The position numbers and the translations under genes are program-made. A stretch of DNA of 64,000 bases from Vitrella brassicaformis CCMP3155. Lineage: Eukaryota > Protista > Chromerida. The DNA is taken from positions 132,908 through 196,907 of the forward strand of contig CDMY01000069.1 of the NCBI GenBank assembly GCA_001179505.1, read 5' to 3'. The notes beneath the pieces are model-generated. The model searched no databases. It saw only the letters and a list, made by a program, of their open reading frames with translations, and was not told where the DNA came from. Shown in pieces: positions 24,602-38,055 of the stretch (position 1 is the stretch's first letter; each line of letters opens with the position of its first letter).

Positions 24602-27600
24602 GGGGGGNNNNNNNNNNNNNNNNNNNNNNNNNNNNNNNNNNNNNNNNNNNNNNNNNNNNNNNNNNNNNNNNNNNNNNNNNNNNNNNNNNNNNNNNNNNNN
24701 NNNNNNNNNNNNNNNNNNNNNNNNNNNNNNNNNNNNNNNNNNNNNNNNNNNNNNNNNNNNNNNNNNNNNNNNNNNNNNNNNNNNNNNNNNNNNNNNNNNN
24801 NNNNNNNNNNNNNNNNNNNNNNNNNNNNNNNNNNNNNNNNNNNNNNNNNNNNNNNNNNNNNNNNNNNNNNNNNNNNNNNNNNNNNNNNNNNNNNNNNNNN
24901 NNNNNNNGGGGGGGGGGGGGGGGGGGGGGGGGTCAGTCAGTCAGTCAGTCGGTCGGTCAGTCGCTGCATCGTGTGGTTCTCACTGACGTGGAGAAAGGCT
25001 GAGAGTTCTCTGCACTCGGGGACGATCAGTCCGAAGCAGCACTCGACGAGGGTGAAGAGGAAGTTGCGCCAGACGCAGATGTCCGTCCAGGAGATCATGC
25101 TCTCCCACTTGTTGGGCAGACGGTTGCGCCACTGCTGCAGGACGTTACGGCTGAACACACACACACATCATCCAAGTGTGTGGAGTGGACCCATTGGCCA
25201 TCTCCACTGGCTCACCCCCTCACCATTGCTTGAGCGGCAGCTGGTGCTGCAGCCTGCTGGTGTATTCCCTGGCGTGGCGTCGGAGGTCGGGCAGGCGGAA
25301 CTCGCGCCGAATGCCGTCCAGCAGGTCCATGCCCTCGACCAACTCTGACACACACACACACATATACACACGCCCCTCCCCTTGTCTCCCTCCCCTCCCT
25401 GTCTGTCTCTTTCTTTGTTTGTTTGTCTCACTCACCGCTGTATTGGTGGCACAGCCTGAGGAGCGGCACGTGTGACTCCGCGACAATGGGCGGCAGCCGC
25501 TGCCACTGGTGCAGCAACACACGCACACCGTCCTGACACACACCACATAAACCACACACAGCCATACCCACACCCACACATTGATTGATTGGTCTGTCCA
25601 TTCAGTCACTATCTATTCAGCGTTCGTTGAGCGAAACAGAAACACCCAGCCCACCCATCTTTGTCGCTCCGCATCGTTGAGGTGCTTCTGCGCCTCCTCC
25701 CGGCTCTCTGTGAGGAGGTTGCTGTCTGTCTGGTACAGCACCTGCACGCCCTCACGCACAACCACACATGAATGACCCATGACACCATGACAACCAGCAC
25801 AGCACAGCACAGCACACGCCGACCATTCAGTCCCTCGGTGAGTGGGGTGGGTGATGGACGTCTGCCTGTCTGCCTGTCTGTGTGTATTTTGTGTTGTGTT
25901 GTCCTGTCCTGCCTCCCTCACTTGCTGCAGAGACGAGTAGGCGAGGCCGAGTTTGAGGGCCGCGGGACTGGCACCGGCTGCGGCTCCCTTGGAAATGACG
26001 CTCTGCAGCAAACCCCACTCACCCAACTTGGTCGACACCTCAACCTTTACACACAGCCACAGTCACACGATACGATCTCACACAAAGGTGTTCCTCTGGT
26101 TGGTCTCTCTCTCTCTCTCTCTTTGTCTCAGTCGGTCAGTACTACCTACCTGCAGAGGCATGTCCTGGCACTCTGCGGCCATTTCCTTGAGGGGCGTCCA
26201 CTGTGAGAGGTTCTTGGCGCAGGTGACCCAGCCGTCATACCACCAGATCTGATTCTCCCTCTGCGCCTCGGTGCGGACGGCCCCCACTGACGTGAACAGA
26301 TTGTACAAACACTGCGAGAAGATGTCCTGCGCCCGCTGCCAGTGGTTGTGCTGCATCAGGGAAGTCGCCTGCTTGGTCTCCAACGACTTGACGCGCGTGC
26401 GGCAGAGGCCGTAGCGGTAGTCGTCCTCCTCGAGATCGCGATACAGCATGCTCAGACACTGCACCCAGCAGCACAGGGAGGTGTCAGGTGACACACAGAC
26501 GAGTGGGGTGGAAGGGGTTGGCACAGTACCTGTGACGGCTGCCATCCTTTGTCAGGTTCTGCGATGAGTTTGGCCTGGAGGTACTCGCGGACGGCGTGGT
26601 AGCAGTTGTGGACCTTGGCCAGCGAGTACAGCTGGTGGGGCATCCAGTTGATGTCGGGGGAGCACCCCAGAGCGCCCTCCAACACCACCCGATGAACGCT
26701 CACCACGAACCGCTCCTGGGTGCGTGAGGAACTCCTGCTGAGGAACTTGACGAGGGCCTCAGCGATGCGCTCTCTCTCGTCGTCCCTGAAGGTGCCCCAC
26801 AGCTGAGGAAAGAGCTCCCGCCAGAGGGCAGCGGCATAGTCCTCATACATGTGGTACAGCTCGCTCAGCGGCCGCAACACGTCGCCCACGGTGCTGCCCC
26901 CGCCGACCACGCCGTCGAGGAACTCGCAGTGGCTCACCAGCACCCCCTTGACGCGCCCAGCCCACTCACGCCCCTCCCTCCCCTCCCCCTCTGTCAGCCT
27001 GTCGGTCTCTCTGTCGATGGACACCGACAGGTCGGTGCTCTCCTGACCGTCCTCGTCAGCCACCACGCCATCCTGCTCCTGCCGCAGCAAGCTCTCGTCC
27101 TCGCCCATGTCCTGGTCGTCGACGTAGGCCGACTCGCGGCTGTAAGTGAGTGCGTCGCCCTTGCCGGCCAGGAAGTCGATGAGGGGTTGGGCGGAGGGCC
27201 TGGCGAGGAGGCGGAAGTGGACAGGGGGGGTGAGGGAGGGCAGCCGGGCGGTGTGTGCGTAGGTGAGGTCGGTGTGGGGTGGGAGGGCGGCGATGGTAAG
27301 GTCGAGTATTTGTGGGAGGAAGAAGCGGTCGCCGATGACGGCCCACTCCTCCGTCCAGTTGAAGATGGTCTCGACGCGCTGCGCCATCGTGGCGGGCAGC
27401 CGGCTGTTGAAGATGTCCAGAAAGGCTGAGGGACAGACAGACAGACAGACAGTCCGTGTGCTGTGCTGTACTGTGTTGCTGCGATTGCAGTGCAATGCAT
27501 CTGACCCACTCACTCACTGACCTTGTCTGATGTATCTGTTGGGTGACGCCATGCCGATGATGGCCGCCCGGACCAGCTTTTCCCACACAAAGTTACTGGC

Positions 27601-30600
27601 CTCCTCCGACCGGCTCCTGCCTGCGAAGGGCTGCTCCCCCACGACATCGCCGCCGCCTTTGCCCGCACCCTCCGCCTCCCCATTGGTCCCGCGGTGGTCC
27701 AGCGGGGTGGCCGAGGTGTCATCGCTGCTCCTGGGCGGGCTGCAGTCGCCCGTGATGACCTTATGAGCGATATCCATGACGTAGAGGTGGAGCTGCAGGT
27801 GGGGTGAGTTGTCCTGGGCCATCATGCTGAGAACCAGCATCGCCACCTCCTCGTAGGTGAGGATCTGGTGCACCATCGCCGACGGCACCGTGCTGCTGGA
27901 GGGATCCATGAAGCCGAAGGGCAGGTAGGGCGGCGCCTTGGGGTCGCGCGGGGGCGGGCTGTCTGTCCGCATGTACTTGAGCAGCCACCCTCCACCCCCT
28001 TTGCTGCGTCTGGGCGACTCCCCACCACCCCCACCCTCTCGCTCCTCGCCCTGCATCGCCGTCCCGGTAGCCTCGTTGTCGCCCTGAGAGTCGTCCTCGG
28101 TAGCGTCGGCGGCCCGCCGCGCAGGCGGATCTCTCATCCGCCGCTGCTGCTGCCGCTGCTGCTGTGTGGCGGGTGTGGCGATCTGCTCGGGCTTGTAGCT
28201 CTGGATGAAGGCCGCGGCAGACTTCATGGGGTCGTATGTGGCGCCGACGATCCAGCGGCCGACGAGGCGGATCATGTCGATGGAGAGGGGCTGCGGCACG
28301 TGGTAGGAGGTGAAGAGGTCCCGGATGATTTTGAGAAGCTCCTTGCGCAGGTCGTTGGGGAGGTGGTTGAGCCGGCAGGCGGCCATCTGCACGAGCTCGC
28401 TGAGACATGCCACCAGGACCTCGCTGGTGGGGCCGCCATCGTTCCTGAAGGGCCCCACCGCCACACCCAAAGGCGTCATGAAGGGGATGTGTTGGTGGAC
28501 GTTGCGCTCGAGTTCCGCCATCTTGCCCGACACGATCAGCGGCGTCTGTAGTACGTACACCACACACACAGCACAGCACAGCAGAGCGGAGTGCGAAGAT
28601 CCACGTGCAGTCACTGTACATGGAGGCCTGGCCAGGCTGTCCCGTCCGTCGCGTACGTGTCTTGCGACGGCTTTGAGCATGGCCGGCGCGAAGTGGTCCA
28701 AGAACTGCATCGAGCTGAAGGTGGTGGGCGCCGACCCCACCAGCACCTGCAGCATCTTGGCAGCCGTGTACAGCTGCACCTGCAGCCGGTAGGTCTGATC
28801 GGCCCTCCCCGGCAGCACACCCGGGGGCCCCGGGACGTTCTTGGTGGCCTGCTCGGTGTCTGCGGGGTGGTGCGGTGTGCTCATGACGGGCAGTATGGCG
28901 CTGGGGGGCAGCCCGTTGGCGTCAAGCTCAGTAGACGGGGAGCCCTGGTTCAGGCCGGCAGTGACCACCTCGATCAGCCGCTTGTAGAAGACCTTGCCAC
29001 CGCTGCCGCAGTTCTCGTAGCTGGTGGACGCTAGGGCGCTGGGGGGCTCGGGAGGGGGAACGACCTGCACACACAGAGAGAGAGGGAGGGAGGGAGGGAG
29101 AGAGATTGATACGATGCAGGTCCCTGGGGGGGAGGGGAAGAGTGTGTGACCTACCCACCTGGACAAGTTTCCTGAGTAGTGCGACGAGTGAGTTGATGGA
29201 TGCCTTGTCGTTGGTGGTGAATGCGGGCGTGAGGCAGTGGGTGATGGCCTCCAGCTTGTCGTGGATCACCTCGGGCGGCTGCTGCTGCACCGTTATGTGC
29301 AGCACCGTCAGAGTCGCGTGCACCGCCCGTATGTATGAGGCCTACACACACACACACAGTTACACCACATCCATCATGTTGTGTGGGGAGGGTGTGGTGT
29401 GGTGTGTGTGTCTGACGGACAGACCAGACCAACGTAGGTACCTGTGCGTAGAACGATTTGGTCCAGTAAGTGTTTAGGTCGTACGGCGAGAGGTTCTGCA
29501 GCTCCTTGTGCGGCCCGAAGAGGGGAGGAGCGAAGGGGCTGGCCACCACGAGCTTCTCCAGGTGGGGGTAGTTGATCGCCGCCTCGGGCCACAAGGCAAG
29601 CGACCTAACACACACACACACATGGCCCAGGCCTGTGTGTTGCTCTCTCTATCACTCAGTGGTGTGGTGGCATGGCCTACGTACGTCCAGAAAAGGTCGA
29701 AGGCGCGCTTGCTCATGTCGAAGTCGTCCTTGACGCTGAGAGCGAGAGCGGTGCGCATGAGGAAGTTGACGACCATCTGGGCCATGTTATCGTCAATACG
29801 GAACTCGAGCTTGTCGCCGCGCTGCATCAGCAGATCGGCCGGCGTCCGGATGTCGCTGTCGTCTATCGCCGTCTCGTCAACGCTGTCGCCGCCAACTGTA
29901 TGAGCGGTTTACCCATAAATACCAACACATACACGGACGTGCCTTCGTGTGAGTGAATGCATTTCTTCTGTGTAGTTAGTGGGTGGCTTACGTGTGGACT
30001 CGAATCCGTCCAGCCCGTCGCTTGATGATGGCGAGCCGAAGGAGTCAACGCCCGCAGCCCGTCGCGGCCCTCCTTCTCCCCTCTCCTCACCCTCACCACC
30101 GCCGACACCCTCGGCTGCAGCGGCGGCCATGGGCACGTCCCCCTCCTTGTCCTTGTCCTTGTCTTTAATGTCTTTCTTGTCCTGCTCCTTGGCCATGCGG
30201 GCCCGCTTGGCCGCCTTCTGAGCCAGAGGCGTGTCCTCGTCCATGTCGTCCTCCTCCTCACCCGCTGCTGCCGCTGCCGCCGCTGCCTTGGAAGGCTCCC
30301 TTTGGCGCTTCTTTCGCTGCGATGGGGGGCCTTGGGTGTCATCGGCTGCTGCAGCTGCTGTGGGCTCTGCTGGGGATGAGGGGAGCACCTCGGTGTCCCG
30401 GCCGTACCGGCAGAGAGCCGCCTGCTCGTCCACATAGCGGGCCTGACAAAAACAAAGGAACGAACACACAACAAACACGATTTCTGGCTGGCTGGGTGGA
30501 CCATGTCATGTCTGTGTGAAGGGTTCGTTCGATTGGCGCAAGGACGTGAGGCGACTTGCCTGCCACTTGACGACGAGTGCCGCGATGTCTAGAGCGACCC

Positions 30601-33600
30601 GTCGGTGCTCCGATGCAGAGGAGGATCTCGTGTGCGCGAGGCCGAGGCGGTTGAGTGAGTGGACCATCTGGGTGATGAACTTGGCCTTCCACGGGTAAAA
30701 GACGTCGGCATGACGAATGATCTGATCATTGATTGACACACACATACACACACGCAACACAACCACCACAGCACAGCCAACAGAGTGCAGTGCGCGGAGG
30801 GGATGGATCCCATCCCCCTGCAGAGCTGTGTGTGTGTGTGTCAGCTAGCTGACTGACTAACCAGGTTCCACACATGGACGGTCTGGCTGATGTTGTGGGC
30901 CTCGTCGATGAGCGTCCGCAGTGTCCATCGCACCCAGTTGGGCACGCCCGAGTCGCCGATCCGCCGGGGCAGCGCACGAGTCAGCATGTCCAGGGCCGTC
31001 CGCAGCAGCTCACGCGGCGTGTCGTTCTTGTGCTGCTTCAGAAGCGCCACATAGACCTGGACGATGATTTTTGAGGGCGTGTCGTAGACGTCGATGAATC
31101 TGCAGATGGTGATGTAGCCCCACAGCTGGACGGTCTTGGATTCGCTCCGCAGGTGGCTCCAGGCGAACTTGATGAACTCCCGACGGTGGTCCGTCAACTC
31201 GTTGTGGGCGTACTGAGCCAGAATGGTCGCCAGACGCAGCAACTCGACCCTAAGCAAGAAGATCACAACACAGCAGACACATGTCATGTGTCTCAGACGC
31301 TCATCGGTTGGTCCATCTACTCTCCCCCCTCCCCCCCGCTCCCATTTCATTTCCCTTACTTGAGGGCCTCCTCAGCGGGTGTGTACTGCCTGCCCTGCTG
31401 GTCTCTCTGCTCCCTGTCCGTCTCCAACACGTGGCTCATGACCTTCCGGATGAGATCGGGCTCCAGCACATGCTGGTCGGCGCACTGCAGCACGGCCTGC
31501 TCGAACGAGGCATGGGTGGCCGGGGGGAAGGCCTGGTGCTGGTCCTGGCCATGGCCGTGGCCGCCGCGGCGGCGCTTGAAGGTGCTCTCTAGCATGGGGA
31601 TGATGATCACCTGAAGGCCTGAAGGCACGTCAAACCATACGAAAAGTGTGTGTGGTGGTGTGGTGGTCGTGTGGTTGTGGTTGTGGTTGCACCGAGCACT
31701 CTCTGCAGCGGCTGCATGTAGTAGACTTGCTGGCCGTCCTTGACCATCGGGGTGCCGTCTTTGTTGGTCTCCTTCCTTTGCCAGAAGTTGAGGAAGCACT
31801 GCAGGATGTCGCGGCGCTCAAAGGACAAAGGCGTCTGGGTGACGGTGCGCGTCAGCCACTCGGCCACGTACGAGTAGTCGACCGTCGACCGCACACACAG
31901 CGCGTTCACCAGAAACAACAGCGTGTGCACCCTGAAAAGACATACATACACACACAGGCACACGAATGCACCCACCCATACACACCCATCCACTCCACCT
32001 TCCCCCCCACCCCCACAGGACATACCTACCTGAGGTTGGCCAGGCCTTGCCAGATGTCATCAGAGTAGGGCACCTCCCACTCATAGCCCGTTCCGTAGCC
32101 AGCAACACCCACATTCGTCAGGCCGTTGCCCCCGCTCCCATTCTCGCTCGTTGCCGGGCTGTCTCGCCGACCGATCAATGAGCCCGATGGCGACGGCGAG
32201 GGCGATGGGGCACCCTCGCCGCCACCGCCGCCTCTGCTTACGACACGCCACCTGGGTGCTGACGCCCGTATGAGCCAGACCATGCACTTGATGAGCATGC
32301 GGCACTCCCTCGTGTGGAAGAAGGCGTCAGGGTGGTCGGGCTGCTGCATGCCGTTGGGCCCCACGGTTTTCTCCATCTGCTGCTGCTGGGAGAACCCCAC
32401 TGGGGAAACGTGGGGCATCGGCATGGGCACGGCCGTGCCCGCGATGACCGGCTGTGTGATGAGCCGCCACGTGTTGGCCAGCGCTTCTGCGAGTGTGAGT
32501 GGGTTGGCGGTTTGCTGATATGGGGGCAGCGGGTTGGGCGGCTGGGGCGGGGGTGGCGGTGGCGAGGCATCCAGTCCATCGGGCTGCTGCTGCTGGTTTT
32601 GACGGTCCTCTTGTTTGTTCTTGTAGGCCTCCATCTCTTTGTCGTATTCCTGCTTCCTGAACTTGTACTCCTGCTGATTCAGACGCTCCCGACGGAAATA
32701 ATCCTCCTTGACGCAACAATACTCCCTATGACATCACACCCAGAGAGAGACACAGACACAGACACAGACAGCACAGCCCATGCACACCACACCTGCCCGT
32801 GTGGAGGGGACGTGTGTGTGTGTGTGGCGTACAAGTAGGTACCTGAAGAGGAAGTCTGGCTGGAAGTGTGTAAGCGCGTGGATGACCCTGATGGCCTGCA
32901 GCACCCTCTCTGGCAAGGTGAGCATGTGGTAGCTCCTGCTGCGCATCTCGTTGTGGGCGTCCTCAAACACACGGACCAGCTCACACGACGCCTGACGCAC
33001 CTGCTCCCTGAAGGGCTCAGTGTGTTTCATTTTGAGCATCTGCACGAACAGATTGAGCTGCTGGGGCGGCATGCGGCCCTCCCGCAGCTTGCGCAAGAAG
33101 TAACCGGCCGACTCGCGAGGGAAGCGGGCGCAGAAGAGCGACAGGGGGTAGCGGTAGGGCGAGCTGAGCTGCCCCAGCTTGCCGGCGTGTGCGAGGTGGG
33201 TCTCGAGGCCGGGGATCGTGAAGTCGCCCATTGTGGTGTTCATGAGGGTGTCCAGGAACTTCTCGGGGGCGGGCGGCAGCAGGTAGAAACACGTCAGCAT
33301 CGTGGCCGCAACCTGCCAGCCGTCCATCGACACACACAGAGAGAGAGAGAATGACACGCTGGTGTGTGTGTGTGTCATTTCACTCTGTGTGTGTGTGTGG
33401 CGAGCGAGCCAGCACCCTCCCTCCTTAGTTACTTTGACTTCTTCTGATGTCCTCCATGATTTGAAGTCCCTGAGCTCCTTGGGCAGCTGCTGGTCGCGAG
33501 GCCTATTTGGCTGAATCGGGTGCAGCCAGTGCACCACCCCAGGTACCACAGGCAGCAGCGGGGCGATGGTGGTCTGGCCCAGCTTGTCTGCCGAGTTCCA

Positions 33601-36600
33601 CTTCCTTAGGTGGTCCAGCAGCTTCTCGCCCAGCGTCACGTTGAAACAGGATGACAGCAGCTCCAGGAGACGAGCCAATCCCTGACAGGTAGACAAACAG
33701 ATGGATGGATGGATGGATGGACAACAGGACTGACTGACGGGCATCTACCCACCTGTAGCAGTGGTGTGTTGAGTTTCTGGGGATTGGCGAGGTTGAGGAG
33801 TATCGGCCGCAGGCTCCCGCGCAGGTTGTCCTCGGGCAGCAGGTCCGCCTGGGGGCTGCCTCCCAGGCCCCCGCCCTCGGGGAGGTACCGCTCGTTCTTC
33901 TTGATCGACCGCAGCGCGTGCTGTGCCGCATTCACCACCTCTATGTCACGACGGGTCAAACACCTACACACACACACGGACGGCATGACCTGACGCGGGT
34001 GGGTGTGTTTGGGTGTGTGCAGTGGAGTGCAGCGAGCCAGAGAGGGTCCGGTCTCTACCTGAAGAGTGTTCCGATGAGTGCCCCTCTGAGGTCAGCGGGT
34101 TCCTGTGTCTGCTGCTGCCGCCCCTGCTGGCTGCTCGAGTCCTGCGGCGGCTCCGGCTTGCTGAATCTGGGAGGGCCCTTGAGCAACCGGAACCTGCACA
34201 ACACAACACAACACAACACAACACAACACCACCACATGCTATGCAGTCACATCCATCCATCCATCCAGACGGGCAGGCTGACCAGACTGGGTGCAGTATA
34301 ACGAGTTTGATGACGCGGATGTAGTAGACGACAAGAGTGACCTTGGTCTGGTAACCGTCGTCCCACAGCCTCAGCGGCACGTCCTCCTCGGGCACCCCGC
34401 CGCCCAGCGTGTGCGTGGGGGGCCGGCTCTGCTGCTGCTGCTGCTCCAGCCGATCCTTGAGGGCCGTCTCCTCAGCCTTCTTCTGCTCCTCACTGTCTTG
34501 ATCTAGCAGCGTTCGAACCGTCTCAACGAACCTGCACACACACACATGTGGGTGTGGTGTGTGTATGGGTGTGGAGTCTGGTCTGACTGTCAGACCCTTG
34601 TATGAGATCGTCCTGCAGGTCTCGTGAGGTCATGGGGGGTCTGAGCGCGAGGAAGAAGCACATGCAGTCGCACTGAGCCAGCTTGTAGTTATCCGCCAGC
34701 CGGAGGAACTCCTGCGGCAAGAAGTACTTGGCCGTCCCGTCGTACATCCGATGAGCACTGTCGACCCGCCCCACACTCTCCGCTCCCTGCGGTAGGCCAC
34801 TCGCCGATGCGCCAGCAGCGGCGGACGATGAACCCGTCTCGTCTGCCGGCTTCGCTCCAGGGGCGGCGGCCGCAGCGGCTTCCTGACCGCCCTTTCTGTC
34901 TTGATGGGGCTGCTGTGTGGGGGTGGTGGTAGTGGGCTGCATGTTGGGAGGGAGTGTGATGACCTGCTGGACGGACACCTGGAGGACCTCGGCGATGAAG
35001 ACCAGGATGCGCTGCGCACACCGACGCTGAAAGACACGCCCCGCACAAAGCTCCATTACCATGCTGCGGCAACACCTGCATGGATTGCATTCATTCGCCA
35101 AACAGTCAGTGCAGTCAGTCAATGCACTCAACTCCCCCATCACACGTGTGTGTTTTTCTACACAAGAAGGTCCTGTCCTCACTTGTAGAGTCCTTGCCTC
35201 ATCGGCGCCCTCCCCGGGTCGCTCATCAGCTGGTCGAGCGTCAGCCGCCTCCCAACACCACCACCACCATAAGGATCCCGCTCGGCCTCGCCGGCAGCGA
35301 TGCTCATGCCGGCGGCTGATGCCTCAGCTGCCGCCGTGCTGTCGGCTGCCTTGCGCTCCACGGCCGGGGATGAGTCTGGGGAGGCCGCCCGTGGTCGCGG
35401 GCTGCGGCGGGCGCGGCTATTTTTGTGCCGGAGGAGGTCGGGCTCGCCCTCGCCGCACACGTAAGCCACCAAAGTCATCATGGTCTCCTGCAAAGGCAAC
35501 GAGAATAGCCGGGGGGTGTCTGTCTGTCCACTCCACTCTCTCTGTCTGTGTGTGTGTGTCCATGCCATGCCATGCCTACCATGGCGAGTCTTTCCGTGAC
35601 GAAGGACAGGCCGCTGGCGTGGTCGCGCAGGGCATACTGTGCCGCGCGGAAGATGCGGGTGAAGTGTACTTTGGACCACGATGGGGGCACGAGCTTGATG
35701 AGCCGCGTGAGGGCCAGGCACCCCGCCCCCGCCTTGCGCCAGTTGACGCCGTAGCAGAGCTGTGCGAAGGTGGTGAGGAGGACCTCGCAGAAGAGCGATT
35801 CGGCCACGACCTTGTCGGTGCTGGTGGGCTGGATGGCGAAGAAGGTCTCGACGATGAGCTGCAGGGCGTGTAGCACCACGGCCGTCAGGCGCATGTGCAC
35901 CGGGTCCACATCGACGTTCTCCTGCACCCAAGCATCACACACACACACACATACACACATACACACGTCATTTCAACACCCACACCGCAGACAGAGAAGC
36001 GTCACGCTCTGACTGACCTGGATGGCGAGGAACACGCAGTAGGGGTCGATCTCGTGGAGGCAGTGGGCCTTGAGGGAGTGTGCCTCACCGCTAGTCGATT
36101 TGGGGGAGATGCGGGTGGCGAAGACGATGCCCAAATGGCGAAATATGCCCTCGAAGAAGGGGAACACCTTCGTCCCGATATCGGGGTCAGCCACCGCCAG
36201 GAACAGCCCCCTGAAGATCTGACCCAGCAGCTGCTGCTCGGCGCTCCGGCAGGCGATGCTCCGGTGGGCGAGCTCCTCAAGCTCCGGCTCGGGCGGGCCG
36301 GTGTCGTAGCCGCCGAAGGAGAAGGGGTCGACGGGCGGGGGCAAAGGGGGCGTGTCGACGTCCATCATGGCGACAGACTGCCTCTGTCGCCTCTCACGCG
36401 CGCCCTGCAGCGGACCGTCGCGCTGCTGCGCACGGTGCAGCAGGAAGCGGTACACCTGAGTGCAGTGCAGTTCAAACACATACATACCGACACACACTGG
36501 CTGCCTGACGGCATACCCTACGTGTACCCCACCCCACCGGACCGACCCGTTCGAGTGTCTTGTCTCCCTTGCCGCTCTCCAAGTTCATCAGCGGCATGAG

Positions 36601-38011
36601 GCAGTGCTGCAGGAAGGAGAAGCAAAACATCTTGAACTCCCCGTCCAGCCGGGGCGGAGCCGCCTCCCCAGCCGCAGCAACCATAGCTGCCACCCTGGCC
36701 TGCGTCGCCGCACCACCATATGCAATCGGGTTGACCGTGCCGGTCCCAGCGCCACCCATGGCACCCTCCAGAGCCCGCACACACATCTGCACGGCGCCGT
36801 CGAGGCCCAGCGGGATGGTCGGGTCGGGCGCTTTGGGCTCCTCGGCGTCCGCCATCCTCACGTCGGGGATGGGCTGCTGCTGCTGCTGCGGGGGCCTCCT
36901 GCCTTTGTCTTTCTTGTCTGCTGGCTCGTCGATGTCCATCGGGGCTGGGCCGGTGGCTGGGGTCTCCTGTGGCCCGGTCTTGGTGCGCACCGACGTGCCG
37001 GTGGGCTCCGTCTTGATGTGTGGGTGGGCGGGGGCTGGGGCGGGTTGCGGTCCAGGTGCAGGTGCAGGTAGTGGGAGTGGCGGGGACGGGGGGCCGCTGT
37101 GCACCACCAGACCCAGCTGCAGCAGGTCATACGGGTACTTCCGATACTGATCACACAATACACACACACACACACACACACACGTACAAGCGAAGACATA
37201 CATACGGGTCAGTCAGTCACTGTCAGCCATTAGACAGACATTTATGTGGGTGGGAGCTCGTGTAGGTGGCTGGCTGACTGACCGGCATGAGTATGGGTTC
37301 CTTGATGAACCATCTGTTCTTGCCGCCCAGCTTGCCCAGGATCCGGATGGTCTGCGCGGCGTTGGAGCGGCGGTGCTCCGGCAGACTCTCAGTGTGACGG
37401 TCGCCACGGTAGAAATGCAGGTAACGATGAAACCCTGTGCAATACACAGACAGACAGACAGACAGGCAGAGCCGATGCAATGCATTGCCATGCACCATCC
37501 CTCCCTCCCTCCCTCCCTCTGTCTGTGTGTCCCTCCGTCCTTCGATGCCATGCTGACTGACCATGTGACTGGCCAATAGGCGATCCGCAGGCCTTGAGCA
37601 GGTCGCAGAGCGCCTCAGTGAGCGGTGCCCTGGTCTGGGTGTTGCTGCCCTCAAACCGTTGGAGGTAGAACTGCTGGTGCTGGGGGGGCGGTGCGGCGCC
37701 CACGCCGGTCATGTCGTTCGTCCAGTGTGTGTAGCAGGGGTGTAGGCAGAATGACTCGGACTGATGGTGGCTCATGATGACGGCGTAGAGCATGTTGTTG
37801 TCGAGGCCGTCGATCCACCCCTCGAGCATCCTGAGGCCCATCGAGACGATCTCGGGGTCTTTGCTGCGGAGCGCTAGGCACGTGGGAATGGTCAGCTGCG
37901 GCAGGAACGGCAGCTGGTCCTTCAACATTATCGGCACCGTCATACACACCTCCAGCCAAGAATCCTGTAGACCAAACCGCATGGCACACACACACACACA
38001 TGGGGCCATGT

Positions 38012-38055
<44 letters not shown>

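Noticed and set aside
24585-24932. Missing TRRAP exons in the 300-N gap; poly-X ORFs in the track
   Set aside because: The flanking exons join in phase as LSAFLH|DLPWTMIKLAGIAR, matching the continuous Tra1 FAT motif, so the gap appears purely intronic. The ORFs are artefacts of Ns.
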